Shown: positions 28,981-39,900 of the stretch, in pieces
Position numbering within the stretch: position 1 is the stretch's first letter
How the letters are laid out: each line of letters opens with the position of its first letter
Origin: Candidatus Woesearchaeota archaeon
GTDB taxonomy: Archaea; Nanobdellota; Nanobdellia; Woesearchaeales; DATGWN01
DNA length: 64,000 bases
Reading direction: 5' to 3'
NCBI GenBank assembly: GCA_047603125.1
Contig: JBLKOU010000001.1
Location: 8,171 to 72,170 of the forward strand
The notes under the pieces: model-generated
Told to the model about the DNA's origin: nothing
What the model saw: only the letters and a program-made list of their open reading frames with translations
The model's database searches: none
Made by a program: the position numbers and the translations under genes

Positions 28981-29766
28981 TCACATTAGATTAAACGCAA
29001 GTACTTCCACAAGCGCGGCTATTATTATTGTTAAAATTGCAAGTGTTCCGATGATTGCAGAATCTACTACAACATGATAGAATTTTGTACTTCCAATTTT
29101 CTCCCTGATTACTGCTTTGCTTAACACTCCTCCTGCAATGGCAATAAGGATATAACCAAGGCCTTCTAGTATAGTATGTGGAAGTACAGTGAGAAGTTGG
29201 ATGAAAAAAGATTGTGTTTGCTGTAATAAAAACACGACGCCAAAAAACATACCCCAAGTTGCAGCATTTATTGTGAGATAAAAAATCGATCCTGCGCCGT
29301 ATATGAGTGAAAGTGCAAACACTGCAAATAAGACTATGAGGTTATTTTGTAGGATGATGAGAAAAACATCTGGTGACGACGCACTTCCAACCATTCCTGT
29401 TAAGTGCAATAAATCTGAAAAGTATCTTGTTGCAAATTGAACGCCGAATATAAGTGGGATTGCGATATATGCTGTGAACACGCCAAAAAAAACAAAGAAA
29501 TATACTTTGATTATATCTATGTGATCTTTAAAAAGAAGGGTTGGTGATAATTTCTTTTCTCTAATCTCGACATTCTCTTCTTCTTTTAATAATGCATTGA
29601 GGGAAGGCAATAATAGCGCAGTAGTGAGCCCGATGCTCGCAATTCCAGTAAAACTGGGAAGTATTAGGTATGCTGCAAGAATACTAATGAGTGTATATCC
29701 CAAACCGAGAAAAAAAGAATGTTCTTTTTTTTCTATCCATTGAAGTTTAAAGTATTGCTCGAGCAT
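28981..29766 (-). CDS. polytopic membrane protein (SpoIIM/DUF95-like), hypothetical
   Basis: 6-7 TM helices. Confidence 0.4.
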   Translation of the reverse strand: MLEQYFKLQWIEKKEHSFFLGLGYTLISILAAYLILPSFTGIASIGLTTALLLPSLNALLKEEENVEIREKKLSPTLLFKDHIDIIKVYFFVFFGVFTAYIAIPLIFGVQFATRYFSDLLHLTGMVGSASSPDVFLIILQNNLIVLFAVFALSLIYGAGSIFYLTINAATWGMFFGVVFLLQQTQSFFIQLLTVLPHTILEGLGYILIAIAGGVLSKAVIREKIGSTKFYHVVVDSAIIGTLAILTIIIAALVEVLAFNLM

Positions 29767-29832
29767 ACTCTCTTTCTAAAAGATATATTTATAAACTTTT
29801 GTTTCTAAAATTGTATTAAGAGGTTTATTTTA

Positions 29833-30126
29833 ATGAAAAATCAGACACAACAAACAAATACAAATAACTCGAATTTTGCTTTTCTTGCCATAGTTGCAAT
29901 AGTAGCCATTGTTGCTATTGTCGTCCTTGTTAATCAAGGTTCGAGTATTGGTGCGGTGCATTATGTTACGCCGGATTCGGCTGGTGAATTAATAGAGATA
30001 TACGATCCTGAAACAGGTGATTTGATAGGATATGCATCTTGGACTATCTCTCCGTACTCATATACTAGTGAACATACCCACCAACAGTCAACAGTACGTG
30101 GTGTGGCTGTTAGTAGAAGCAAATAG
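29833..30126 (+). CDS. small exported/membrane-anchored protein with AIV tripeptide repeats
   Basis: AAGAGG SD; AIVAIVAIVAIV hydrophobic repeat. Confidence 0.4.
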   Translation: MKNQTQQTNTNNSNFAFLAIVAIVAIVAIVVLVNQGSSIGAVHYVTPDSAGELIEIYDPETGDLIGYASWTISPYSYTSEHTHQQSTVRGVAVSRSK

Positions 30127-30138
30127 AGAGAAGATTAT

Positions 30139-30810
30139 GTGAATTTGCATGTTTTCAGACTGATGAAAACTCATTATTTTTGGTCTTTTTTATTCTTATT
30201 TTTTCCCTGGATTGTAGTCCGTCCTAGTTCTCTTGAGATGCTTTCTCTTTTTTTATGGAGTTGTTATGCTGCAAGTTTCATATTCGGTTTAAGTTTATTA
30301 AACCACTTTCGAAAAGGCTGTTTTTTTGTTTTTATAGTTGTATTATCGGTGACCCTCGATTGGGCGGTAGACTTTTTATTTATGGGTCCTAGAAGTCAAT
30401 TGATGTGGCGGTTGCATGGAACATTTGATTTCATTCTTGCATTTCTTTTACATTTTTTGCTGGTTATAGTTCCGATAGTTTGGTTTTTTAAGAATATCTC
30501 GTTTATAAAGAAATATGATTCTGCAGTGTATCTAAACGTATTTTTGATAACATGTATATTGTCGTTATTCATAATTTTCATTCCTTTTTTGTATACAAAT
30601 CCTGCTTATAATATTAATTATGTTTTCGTGGATTGGCATGGTGTTGAAAAATCGATGTTCGATAATTTTCTGGTTCTTGGTTTTTATTTATTACGAATTG
30701 GTCTAAGCCTGCTAGTTATTTTTTATTTATTGAAATATTCTATATTAGAGAAAGCATTTAGTTTAATTAAGCGATATGTTTTGAAAAAGGGCTTCTCCAA
30801 ACATTTTTAA
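30139..30810 (+). CDS. polytopic membrane protein, hypothetical
   Basis: GTG start; 6 TM helices. Confidence 0.4.
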   Translation: MNLHVFRLMKTHYFWSFLFLFFPWIVVRPSSLEMLSLFLWSCYAASFIFGLSLLNHFRKGCFFVFIVVLSVTLDWAVDFLFMGPRSQLMWRLHGTFDFILAFLLHFLLVIVPIVWFFKNISFIKKYDSAVYLNVFLITCILSLFIIFIPFLYTNPAYNINYVFVDWHGVEKSMFDNFLVLGFYLLRIGLSLLVIFYLLKYSILEKAFSLIKRYVLKKGFSKHF

Positions 30811-30834
30811 ATTTCTTTTATTTTATTTTCTGGT

Positions 30835-31575
30835 ATGTATATGTGGCTCCTTTTTGCAATAGGTCTTATTTCTGGCATGTGTAGCTATATTTTTGGAATT
30901 GGTGGGGGAATTATAATCATACCTGCGCTTGTCTTATTTGCAAAAATGAGTATGCAACGTGCCGTCCCACTCTCATTGATTTCTATGATTCCAATTACAA
31001 TCATTTCAGCAACAACGCATTATTGGCAGGTCGGAAGTCAAGTTTCGGCATTTGTTGTTGTACTTTTAACGAGCGGAGCTTTACTTGGTTCATTTATAGG
31101 CTCGCATAGTGTTCATACTATCTCACATAAACTTGCAACAAGAATTCTTTGTGCTTTTTTAATTCTTATCGCATTTGTATTGGCAGAAGTCTTTTCTTTT
31201 GCGCCCGTTGCGCAGTTATCTTTTCTATTATTATTAGCAATTGGTTTTGGAATAGGATTTATTTGTGGATTTTTTGGAATGTCGGGTGGCTTTTTGCTCG
31301 TTCCCCTCTTGGTTATGCTTTTTTCATTTCCTTACTCGGTTGCAATTGCGACATCTCTTTTGAGTCTTACACCAATTCTTATTGCAAGTACGCTGTTTCA
31401 CCATGTTAATCTTCGATTTTATTTACATTCAACTGTTCAAATTGTTGTTGGTGCGTTTTTTGGAGTATTGCTGGGTTTCTTTCTGTCTCATTTAATTCCC
31501 GCACAGGGCTATACGTGGTTTTTCTCTCTATTTTTAGTATTTGTTGCAATTCGTCTTTGGTTTCGCGAGGGATAA
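30835..31575 (+). CDS. TauE/SafE (TSUP/DUF81) family anion exporter
   Basis: Two-repeat 4+4 TM architecture with GIGGGIIIIPAL and FFGMSGGFLLVPLL motifs. Confidence 0.7.
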   Translation: MYMWLLFAIGLISGMCSYIFGIGGGIIIIPALVLFAKMSMQRAVPLSLISMIPITIISATTHYWQVGSQVSAFVVVLLTSGALLGSFIGSHSVHTISHKLATRILCAFLILIAFVLAEVFSFAPVAQLSFLLLLAIGFGIGFICGFFGMSGGFLLVPLLVMLFSFPYSVAIATSLLSLTPILIASTLFHHVNLRFYLHSTVQIVVGAFFGVLLGFFLSHLIPAQGYTWFFSLFLVFVAIRLWFREG

Positions 31576-31625
31576 GATAGGGTAGTGCATTATCAAGAAC
31601 GGTTTCATCCAATAATTGTTTTCAG

Positions 31626-31732
31626 AAAAGAGCACGCAGACTTGACTCAAGAGTCCCGCTTTGAGAAGTATGCGAAAATTCGCTTGTATGAATCACCGAA
31701 TTTTCTAATTATACTGCAAGGTGCTCTTTTTT
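31626..31732 (+). repeat. repeat family A copy A3 (complete short form with TIRs)
   Basis: ~90% identical to 15302-15409. Confidence 0.8.
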
Positions 31733-31765
31733 CTTATTTTTTGGATGAAGCCATCAAGAACCAAA

Positions 31766-31779
31766 TGTTTATAAATAAA
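31766..31779 (+). promoter_or_regulatory. candidate archaeal TATA box for tRNA-Arg
   Basis: TTTATAAATA centred ~30 nt upstream of tRNA 5' end. Confidence 0.3.
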
Positions 31780-31802
31780 CTGATTTTGCAAATAAATATA
31801 AG

Positions 31803-31877
31803 GGACCAGTAGCTCAGTCTGGATAGAGCGACGGCCTTCTAAGCCGTAGGTCGGGGGTTCAAATCCCCTCTGGTTCA
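31803..31877 (+). tRNA. tRNA-Arg (anticodon TCT)
   Basis: Cloverleaf by eye: acceptor GGACCAG/CUGGUUC, D arm GCUC..GAGC, anticodon stem ACGGC/GCCGU with loop CUUCUAA, T arm GGGGG-UUCAAAU-CCCCU; no encoded CCA. Confidence 0.85.
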
Positions 31878-31909
31878 TTTTTTGAAAAAAGTTAGCTGGT
31901 ATGACTAAT

Positions 31910-32281
31910 TTAATATTCGATGCAAGTTATTCCTGGAATTTTTTCAAAATGTTTTTTGTTTCTCGTAAGAATTTTAGAAACACCGTTTGTGAGGTATGCA
32001 CTTGCAATAAGACAATCAAATCTTCCAATTTCGTCTCCTTTTTTCTGAAGTTCCTTGAATATATATGAGGCAAGCTTTATAGACTCAAAGCAGTTTGGTA
32101 TCTGCGTCGTATGCTTTTCAAAATCGAGTATGAGCATTTCTTCTTTCTTTGTTTTAGTTGCGCTCAAGCATTCAAAAAAAACAAGGTGGCTCATTGCCAA
32201 AACTTCAGTCATTTCTAGTGATTCTTGTGAAATGTTTTTTCTTTGTAAATCGATGAGAAAACTAGAGTCAACTCCGATCAT
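31910..32281 (-). CDS. vapC: PIN-domain ribonuclease toxin VapC
   Basis: MIGVDSSFLIDL (N-terminal Asp) and GRFDCLIASAYLTNGVSKILTRNKKHF (C-terminal Asp) PIN signature; start set at internal ATG 32281. Confidence 0.7.
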   Translation of the reverse strand: MIGVDSSFLIDLQRKNISQESLEMTEVLAMSHLVFFECLSATKTKKEEMLILDFEKHTTQIPNCFESIKLASYIFKELQKKGDEIGRFDCLIASAYLTNGVSKILTRNKKHFEKIPGITCIEY

Positions 32282-32648
32282 TGAGTTCACTCTCCATTTT
32301 TTTTCGATTATATTGGATTCTGTTGTTAAAATCGTTACCTTCTTTTTTGGATAAGGTTCCATAAAACTTATGCAAAAATTTATTAGCAGGTTGCGTCCTT
32401 TTTGTTAAGTCTAAAATTACTTGTGAGTAACTTCGTAACCCCTTTATTTGATTTAATGCCTCAATTGCCTGGGCGTTGAGTTCTATGGTCTTTTGGTTAT
32501 AATTGACTTGACTATCTTGGAGTATTATGTCTGAAAAACTTTTTTTTCCCTTTTTTCTTTTCAGATATTTGTACGCCTCATCCTTGATTGTAATATTTTT
32601 TACTATAACAAGTACTTGTGCAAGTAAAGAGTTATATATTTTATGCAA
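32268..32648 (-). CDS. vapB: VapB-like antitoxin (overlaps vapC start by 14 nt)
   Basis: ITIKDEAYKYLKRKKGKKSFSDIILQ matches the archaeal antitoxin motif (TIxxDEVYExLKxLKG.xSFSDVI); TTG start at 32648 uncertain. Confidence 0.45.
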   Translation of the reverse strand: MHKIYNSLLAQVLVIVKNITIKDEAYKYLKRKKGKKSFSDIILQDSQVNYNQKTIELNAQAIEALNQIKGLRSYSQVILDLTKRTQPANKFLHKFYGTLSKKEGNDFNNRIQYNRKKMESELNDRS

Positions 32649-32694
32649 ATCCTGAAGAAATCTTTTTAAAGGGGGTGTATTTTGCTATATTTAT

Positions 32695-32765
32695 GGGCGG
32701 ATGGCCAAGCAGTAAGGCAAGAGGCTGCAACCCTCTCATCCCGGGTGCAATTCCCGGTCCGCCCT
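32695..32765 (+). tRNA. tRNA-Cys (anticodon GCA)
   Basis: Acceptor GGGCGGA/UCCGCCC, anticodon stem AGAGG/CCUCU with loop CUGCAAC, T arm CCGGG-UGCAAUU-CCCGG; 71 nt. Confidence 0.7.
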
Positions 32766-32804
32766 TTTCTTTTCTAAAAAGCAACAATTCATATATTACG
32801 ATAG

Positions 32805-33125
32805 TTGAAGAATGGTATGGAATTAATAGAACAATATGTGAGAGGCATACGAGTTCAATTTCTGGGATTTTCTTTGTTTCTTATGCTCATTTCTGCGCTT
32901 TTTTTTCTCATTCGTGAACCATTGGTTGGAGGATTGATTCTTACCTGGAGTTTACTCTATTTGCTTTGTTGGCACATATTCAAAAAACCAGGAAACGGGC
33001 GATGGTTATTTGCACTTATTCTTGCGATTCTCGCGACACCTTTGATTCCTATTGGCACAATTTTTGCTTTGTTTGTTCTTGTTCGGTTATTATCAAGGGA
33101 AGTACGTGATTATTATTTTCAATAG
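32805..33125 (+). CDS. small membrane protein (3 TM), hypothetical
   Basis: Hydrophobic 106-aa ORF. Confidence 0.35.
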   Translation: MKNGMELIEQYVRGIRVQFLGFSLFLMLISALFFLIREPLVGGLILTWSLLYLLCWHIFKKPGNGRWLFALILAILATPLIPIGTIFALFVLVRLLSREVRDYYFQ

Positions 33126-33234
33126 AGACGCCGGAATCTTGCAATTTAGTGCCAGGTGTTTTTGTGTCTTCTTGTTTGGATGGGAACTTGAGTAATCCAA
33201 AAGATTCTTAAAGGAAAATTAACCAAATATATGT

Positions 33235-34323
33235 ATGAAGTGGTTTTTGCTCCTCGGTATCCTGGTATTACTTCCAATAAGTCTAAGTTTTTCAGAGCAA
33301 TATCTAAATGTTAACAGGAATACGTATCTGACAGTTCAGCCTCCGTATGAGCTTGTTCCTCAAATTGAATTATTAATGGATAGAAGCGCACAAATGCTTA
33401 CAGTACAAGTACAAGAAGAAGATGCTTCGGATAATCCCGGCGATTTATACAATCGATATACGGTAAATGCAAGCGCACCTTTTACACAAATCCGTGCAAT
33501 GATTCGCATGGAGAGAAGTGTAGAGCATGACCCTATTGTTTATGCCTATGAAAATCAAACACGAAAAGAGTTTACACCGGTTTTAGTGATGAGTGATAGT
33601 CGATATAGGACATTTTCTGTTTCTCTTCCTGGAGTACATGAATTTTATGTAGGTTTTGCAAGAGAGGAAGAGACAATCACGGTTCTAGAAGAAGAAACCG
33701 AAGATCAAAATAATCAAACAGTTCAAAATCAAACGCAGGACTCTCAACCGTCACCACCAACACTTGCAGGGGCAACTTCTCAACAGCCATCTTCGCAAGT
33801 ATTTGTCTATGTTGGCTTAGGAATCTTTGCACTTGTTGGAGTTTTTGTTGGAGTGGCAGTTGTTCGAAAAAAACGTGCGATGCGCACATACGATCATGAA
33901 AAAGTTGAGTTTCGTTTTCAAGGACAAACAGATATGCCTGTTCAGGATGAAAAAACAGAACCGCATAAAATTATCACTTCTCTTGAAGATGCAATTAAAG
34001 ATTTAGCTCGACAGCAAAAAACGGTTGGGGAGATGATGCTTGTTTTGATTAACCAAGGATTTGACGTTTCGCAGATATTGGACACAATTCGGGCAGTTGA
34101 GCCACAACTCTTAAAACAAACACCGCTTGCTCGTTTAGCAGCGGATATTGTTGCAAATAAGCAAACACATTTAGGTGATGACTTGCATCTACAGGCTTGG
34201 GAGAAGAAAATTCGGTATTTACTCTCTTTTGTTGCTCATAAAAAAAGTCAAGGGATGACAAAAGAGCAATTGTACAAAATCCTTTCTAATTGGCCCAAAG
34301 AAATATTGGATGAGATAGTATGA
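33235..34323 (+). CDS. bitopic membrane protein: signal peptide, extracellular domain, TM, cytoplasmic domain; hypothetical
   Basis: N-terminal signal; TM FVYVGLGIFALVGVFVGVAVV followed by RKKR. Confidence 0.45.
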   Translation: MKWFLLLGILVLLPISLSFSEQYLNVNRNTYLTVQPPYELVPQIELLMDRSAQMLTVQVQEEDASDNPGDLYNRYTVNASAPFTQIRAMIRMERSVEHDPIVYAYENQTRKEFTPVLVMSDSRYRTFSVSLPGVHEFYVGFAREEETITVLEEETEDQNNQTVQNQTQDSQPSPPTLAGATSQQPSSQVFVYVGLGIFALVGVFVGVAVVRKKRAMRTYDHEKVEFRFQGQTDMPVQDEKTEPHKIITSLEDAIKDLARQQKTVGEMMLVLINQGFDVSQILDTIRAVEPQLLKQTPLARLAADIVANKQTHLGDDLHLQAWEKKIRYLLSFVAHKKSQGMTKEQLYKILSNWPKEILDEIV

Positions 34324-35057
34324 AGCCATACACACTATTATTTGAGGATGCAAGTATGTATTTACTTGACACATTGGAACAAGATTTTCATTGCTCAGCA
34401 GGTGTTGTTCCAAAAGAACAACTCATTGTTGGAAAAACAGTTATGACGAAAAAAGGTGTGCAAGGGCATCTTTCAAAAACTCGTTTTGTGGATGGCTTTC
34501 GAAAATTAAAACGCGGCGCACAAATAATTACGCCAAAAGATATTGGCCATATTCTTGCACATACATTCGTTGATAAGCAAACGGTCTGTATTGATGCAGG
34601 TGCAGGAAGCGGTGCAATGTCGTGCGCACTCGCACATTATGCAAAAAAAGTATATTGTTATGATGTTCGCGAAGATCATTTGGCACTTGCACTTGATAAT
34701 GCACAAAAGCTTGGTTTGAAAAATGTAGTTGGCACATTACATGATGTGTATTCTGGTTTTAAACATAAAGCCGATGTTATTGTTCTGGATTTACCCGAAC
34801 CCTATAAATGTGTTGAGTCAAGTGCAAAAGCTCTTTCTATTGGTGGTTATTTAGTATGCTATGTTCCAGGTGCAAATCAGATGCATCAAGTAAGTGTTGC
34901 ACTAATGAATCATCCGAGTTTTCATGTGTTAAAATCAATAGAGTTAATAGAGCGTGAATGGAAAATTGGTGAGAAAGTACTGCGCCCGCAAACAAATAGT
35001 TGTATGCACACAGGATTTTTAGTGTTCGCAAAGAAAGTAAAAGATGTTGAGAATTAA
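34320..35057 (+). CDS. trmI: tRNA (adenine-N1)-methyltransferase TrmI (Gcd14 family)
   Basis: GCD14-like N-terminal beta domain; SAM motif VCIDAGAGSGAMS; VIVLDLPEP. Confidence 0.7.
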   Translation: MKPYTLLFEDASMYLLDTLEQDFHCSAGVVPKEQLIVGKTVMTKKGVQGHLSKTRFVDGFRKLKRGAQIITPKDIGHILAHTFVDKQTVCIDAGAGSGAMSCALAHYAKKVYCYDVREDHLALALDNAQKLGLKNVVGTLHDVYSGFKHKADVIVLDLPEPYKCVESSAKALSIGGYLVCYVPGANQMHQVSVALMNHPSFHVLKSIELIEREWKIGEKVLRPQTNSCMHTGFLVFAKKVKDVEN

Positions 35058-36817
35058 ATTTTATATAATTCGTTTTTTTGAATTTGCTCTTGTTCCATTT
35101 GTGAATGAGCTTTATTTGCCCGTGGTCTGTTTGTCTGTTCATCTCTACGAAATGTGAGTTGCACGTCTTGTAAAAAAGTGTTCATTCCTTCTTGTAGGCC
35201 AAATGGACCCATGACGTGACCTGATTTTGCAGGTTCACCTTCAAATACGAGGAGTTTATCACTGAGATAATCAATAAAAAGAAGGTCGTGGTCTATGATG
35301 AGTGCAGTTTTCCCATTTTCGACAGCAAAATCCTTGAGTATCTTTGAGACAACAAGTCGTTGTTCTGTATCTAAATATGCACTTGGCTCATCAAGCACAT
35401 AGAGGTTTGCTTCTTGGCTTAAACAGTACGCGATTGCAACATTTTGTAATTGTCCTCCGGAAAGAGAATTGAGAGGCTGGAGCGCAATCTTATCAAGTTG
35501 AAGTGGTTTTACTAAAATATGTTCGAATTTTTCAAATGCAGTTGAAAGAACATTCATAACAAGTTCTTCGCTTTGCGTATCAATATGTTGCGGTTTGTAT
35601 GAGATTTTTGTCTGTAAGTCAATTGTCCCATCTGTTGGTTTTTCTACACCAGCAAGCAATTTTGCAAATGTGGTTTTTCCAATACCGTTTTCTCCTAAAA
35701 TTCCAATTACATCTTTTCTTTGCAATTCTCCAGGTTTTACGGTGAGTGTAAACGATCCTTGCTTTTTTGTAAGCTGCGGCCATTGCGTTAAGGTTGCCTG
35801 TTCTTTATCTGAGCGTTCTTGACGAGTATGAAAGTGTATTTGATGATCGCGAAATTGGACATTCTCTTCTTTTAAATATCCATCCAAATACATATTAATT
35901 CCTGCTTTTGCAGATTTTGCTTGACTGACAATTCCGTATGCCGTTTGACTTCCATAAATGATGTGAATAACATCGGACATATAATCAAGCATAATTAAGT
36001 CGTGTTCAATGACCATAACGGCTGTGTGTTCATCAGCAAGTTCTCGGATAAATTTTGCCAATATGATGCGCTGTTTAATATCTAAAAAGCTAGAGGGCTC
36101 ATCAAAAATATAGACATTTGCTGTTTTTGTGGCAGTTGCACCGATTGCAACACGTTGGAGTTCTCCTCCAGAGAGTGTTTGTATGTCTTGGGTGAGTAAA
36201 GGTGCAAGATGTAATTTTTCAATAACCATTTGCAGACGAGTTTGATCTGAAGCTGCTTTTTCTAAGAGTGTTTGTACAGTGCCTTGAAACTGTGTTGGAA
36301 TAAAATTAATTGCTTGCGGTTTATATGCAACAGTGATTTTTTTATCTCTGAGTTGCTCAAAATATGTTTGGGCAATTGTTCCCTTATAATGATTGATAAG
36401 CTTTTGATATGTGGTGTCCGGCTCATTTTCTCCGAGGTTTGCAAACTCGATGCCACTTAATATTTTTACTGCTGTCGATTTTCCAATACCGTTTCTTCCA
36501 ACAAGCCCAACAACTTTTCCCATAACGGGGATAGGAAGATTATAGAGACGAAAACCATTTTCGCCATATCGATGAATGGGGTTACTTTGCGCTTCTTGGG
36601 GAAGTCTGACAAGTTTAATCGCGTTAAATGGACATTTTTTTGCACAGATTTGATGTGCTTGTGTTGTCACATCTTCTCCAATAGCTGCTTTTCCATCTTC
36701 GCCTATATGAAATCCTACGCCACCCATTCGATTTACAGGATCAAATTTAATACATTCATGTGCACAAGTGTGCGGACTACATCTTTGCTTATCGACAATA
36801 GCAAGTCTTTTTTCCAT
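35054..36817 (-). CDS. abcE1: ABCE1 (RNase L inhibitor/Rli1) ribosome-recycling ATPase
   Basis: N-terminal tandem 4Fe-4S ferredoxin cysteines (CSPHTCAHEC...CAKKCP) followed by two ABC domains; start at ATG 36817. Confidence 0.9.
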   Translation of the reverse strand: MEKRLAIVDKQRCSPHTCAHECIKFDPVNRMGGVGFHIGEDGKAAIGEDVTTQAHQICAKKCPFNAIKLVRLPQEAQSNPIHRYGENGFRLYNLPIPVMGKVVGLVGRNGIGKSTAVKILSGIEFANLGENEPDTTYQKLINHYKGTIAQTYFEQLRDKKITVAYKPQAINFIPTQFQGTVQTLLEKAASDQTRLQMVIEKLHLAPLLTQDIQTLSGGELQRVAIGATATKTANVYIFDEPSSFLDIKQRIILAKFIRELADEHTAVMVIEHDLIMLDYMSDVIHIIYGSQTAYGIVSQAKSAKAGINMYLDGYLKEENVQFRDHQIHFHTRQERSDKEQATLTQWPQLTKKQGSFTLTVKPGELQRKDVIGILGENGIGKTTFAKLLAGVEKPTDGTIDLQTKISYKPQHIDTQSEELVMNVLSTAFEKFEHILVKPLQLDKIALQPLNSLSGGQLQNVAIAYCLSQEANLYVLDEPSAYLDTEQRLVVSKILKDFAVENGKTALIIDHDLLFIDYLSDKLLVFEGEPAKSGHVMGPFGLQEGMNTFLQDVQLTFRRDEQTNRPRANKAHSQMEQEQIQKNELYKI

Positions 36818-36920
36818 GTGCGTGTGAACTTGTTTGTGTTTTATAAAGGTAGTGGGTCTATGGGCGTAATTGTGGTGATATTTCAATAAGTTTAAAAAAC
36901 CAAACAAAGTATAGTTTGTT

Positions 36921-39900
36921 ATGAGGTTTGCGTTATTTGTATTCGGACTCTTTTTACTCGCATCAGTGAGTATTTCCTTTGCACAAACACAGACCTATTT
37001 TGTGGAATTTGTGGATCAGAGTCCAGAATTAGAGTCGAGTCAGACCCTTCGAATACAATCTATGAATCAAATGTCACGGCAAGATATTCGCGAAGTGGCA
37101 CTTTCTCGGTTAGTTGATGATGAGGTGCGTGATACTCGATCAGGAGATATGCGCGTACAGCATTCGCAGATAGAGGAGTCATCATTGACTATTAGACATG
37201 TTTATGAACGCTATGGGAATATGATTGCCATGGATTTAACTCCTGAGCAAAAGTCTCAATTATTAGATTCAGAACTGGTAACAAGAATAACAAAAAGTTT
37301 GCCGGTGCAAGCGTTTTTAAGCGATACAATTGATTTACTTGATATACCTGCGATATGGGCTTTAGAAATAAATGGTGAGCCAGTGGTGGGTTCTCAAGTA
37401 ACAATTGCTGTAATTGATACTGGTATTGATTATACGCATAGTGCATTTGGTAATTGTGAGCGAACAGCAAATATTTCGGATGGAAGTTGCAGTAGAGTCA
37501 TAGGGGGTTATAATTATATAGATGGAAATGATGATCCTTTTGATGATAACGGTCATGGAACACATGTGGCTGCGATTGTCGGAGGGAATTGGGCTCAGCC
37601 AGGAGTGGCGCCCGGTGTTGATTTTCTTGCATATAAAGTATTGAATTCTACAGGTGGTGGAGATTTTAACGATGTTGTTGCTGCCATTGAGCGTGCGGTT
37701 GAAGATGGTGCCGATATTCTTGTTTTGAGTTTGGGAGCATATTGTGTGAACGGATATAATGGTAGTTGCGGACCAGAAGATGTTGTAAGTCAGCTTGTGA
37801 ATAATGCAACACTTCTTGATAATGTGAGTGTTGTTGTAGCAGCAGGGAATTGTGGGGGATCTCAATCGACTCAATGTCCTGATATTTATGGGGATCGCTC
37901 TATTGCAACACCAGGAGCAGCAAAGCACGCGTTGACGGTTGGTTCTATAACAAAATCAAATACGATTTCAGGTTTTAGTTCTCGCGGCCCTGTTGAGTGG
38001 ACAAATGCTTCAGGTGAGCAAAATATGACGAAGCCAAATATTGTTTCCTATGGAAGTTCAATTTCAGCGGCATGTTCTAGTGAAGATACTTTTTGTCCTC
38101 CTATACCTAATGCCAATATTTCTAAATCGGGCACATCTATGGCGGCTCCGCATGTTGCTGGTGCAGTAGCTCTTATTCGTCAAGTGGCGCCAGCACTATC
38201 TTCGGTGCAAATTAATGAGTTGTTGACATCAACGGCGCAAGATTTAGGATATGATAATAATACTCAAGGGATGGGGATGCTCAATATTACGAGGGCTTTG
38301 GGTGAAATTATTCCCATTGAGTTAGATATAATGGTTTATGAGAATGAAACTGCAGTTTTAGCAAATATCTCTGTAAATGGAACAAATTTGCAAAATTACA
38401 CGTTTTTATTTGCTCCAAATGCGTCGGCGCAATTTGTACAAATAACAAACAATACTGATCCTATAGAAAATGAACAGGTGTTCTCTCTTTTGAAAACCGA
38501 TATTGAAGATGGACAAACGCTTCACTTTGAATTAACAGCTTTCAATGTACAAGAGCAACAATTTTCATTAATCCAAAATTATACTTATTATGAAGCGCCG
38601 TTAATTACTGTTCATTCACCAATAAACCAAACAATATATGAGGCAAGTCCTATAGTTAATGTGAGCGTGACAAGCGCATCAGAAATTGATGAAATTTGGT
38701 TTTTACATAATGGTACGAATATGTCATATAATGACTCACCAAATTATACTTTTTCTCAAGGGATACACAATATAACTGTTTTTGCAAATAATACTTTTGG
38801 ACAACAATCCAGTGTCTTTATTGAGTTCACAGTTAATGATACTCTTGCACCAAGATTGACAATTCATTCTCCTCTCAATACGACATATCATGTTTCTCAA
38901 ATTCCTATAAACATTTCGGCAATAGACCCTCATCTTGACCAAATTTGGTTTTTTAATGGGACACATAATGTCACGTATGAAGATCCAATAACACTCTACT
39001 TTTCAGATGGGGTTCATACGCTAATAGCATATGCTAATGATACATTTGGAAATACAAATCAAACAAATGTGACATTTACAGTGGATACGACACCACCAGT
39101 TATTACATTAGAATCTGCTAATCTCACAAATGCAAGTAAGCCTCTTTATTATTTGCACGCTTCTACAAATAGGAATCTCACTCAAGCTAATATTACGTAT
39201 TTTAATAAAACATATCCTGCCCTCATAAATGAAACGAATGTAACATATCCTTTGTATGTTCCTGTTTTTAATGAAAGTTTTTCTGTTCAAATTTCTGTTC
39301 AAGATGTATTTAATAGAACTGCACAAAAAAATGTTTCTTTGCAAGTAAATTTCAACGGAACCATAAATGGCTCTGTTTTTGGAGATGCTTTTTCAATTGC
39401 AAGTGATGTTGAGGTTTCAGTTAATGTTACGAATCAAACAGATGTGCAGCCAATTCGTATCAATCGTATGCAAACAAATCGCTCGATAGTAGAATTTTCA
39501 CATAATTTTACACAGGGATCATTGTTTTTGAATGCAATTCGCATTCGTGTGGATGAACAGGAAAATGCATCGCGCGTGTTAGTTTCAGGCGTAAATAAAA
39601 CAAAAACGGTGTATTTAGAGTTGCAAGGAAATACTTCTCGATTTTCAAGTATTTGTGTGGTTGATCGTTTAGAGTTTGATTTTGTATCTGATTGCCCACT
39701 GTATGTGGACAAATTTCCGAACAGTACTGGTTCATATAATTTTACTCGCGATAATCAAACAATTCGCTTAGAAGGGTTGCAACATTCGCAAGTGCAGCAA
39801 GTTTGTACGGAGAGTTGGAGCTGTGTGGAGTGGTCAAGTTGTAGTAGTTCTGGTGAGCAAACCTGTGACGTTTATGATGATGCAAACAGTTGTGGTACTA

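Noticed and set aside
32618-32917. 99-aa plus-strand ORF (…GGWPSSKARGCNPLIPGAIPGPP…)
   Set aside because: It is the translation of the tRNA-Cys gene and its flanks. The tRNA cloverleaf is a better explanation.
37362-37928. 188-aa Cys/Ile-rich antisense ORF inside the S8 protease gene
   Set aside because: It lies opposite the catalytic domain with clear Asp/His motifs and has biased composition.
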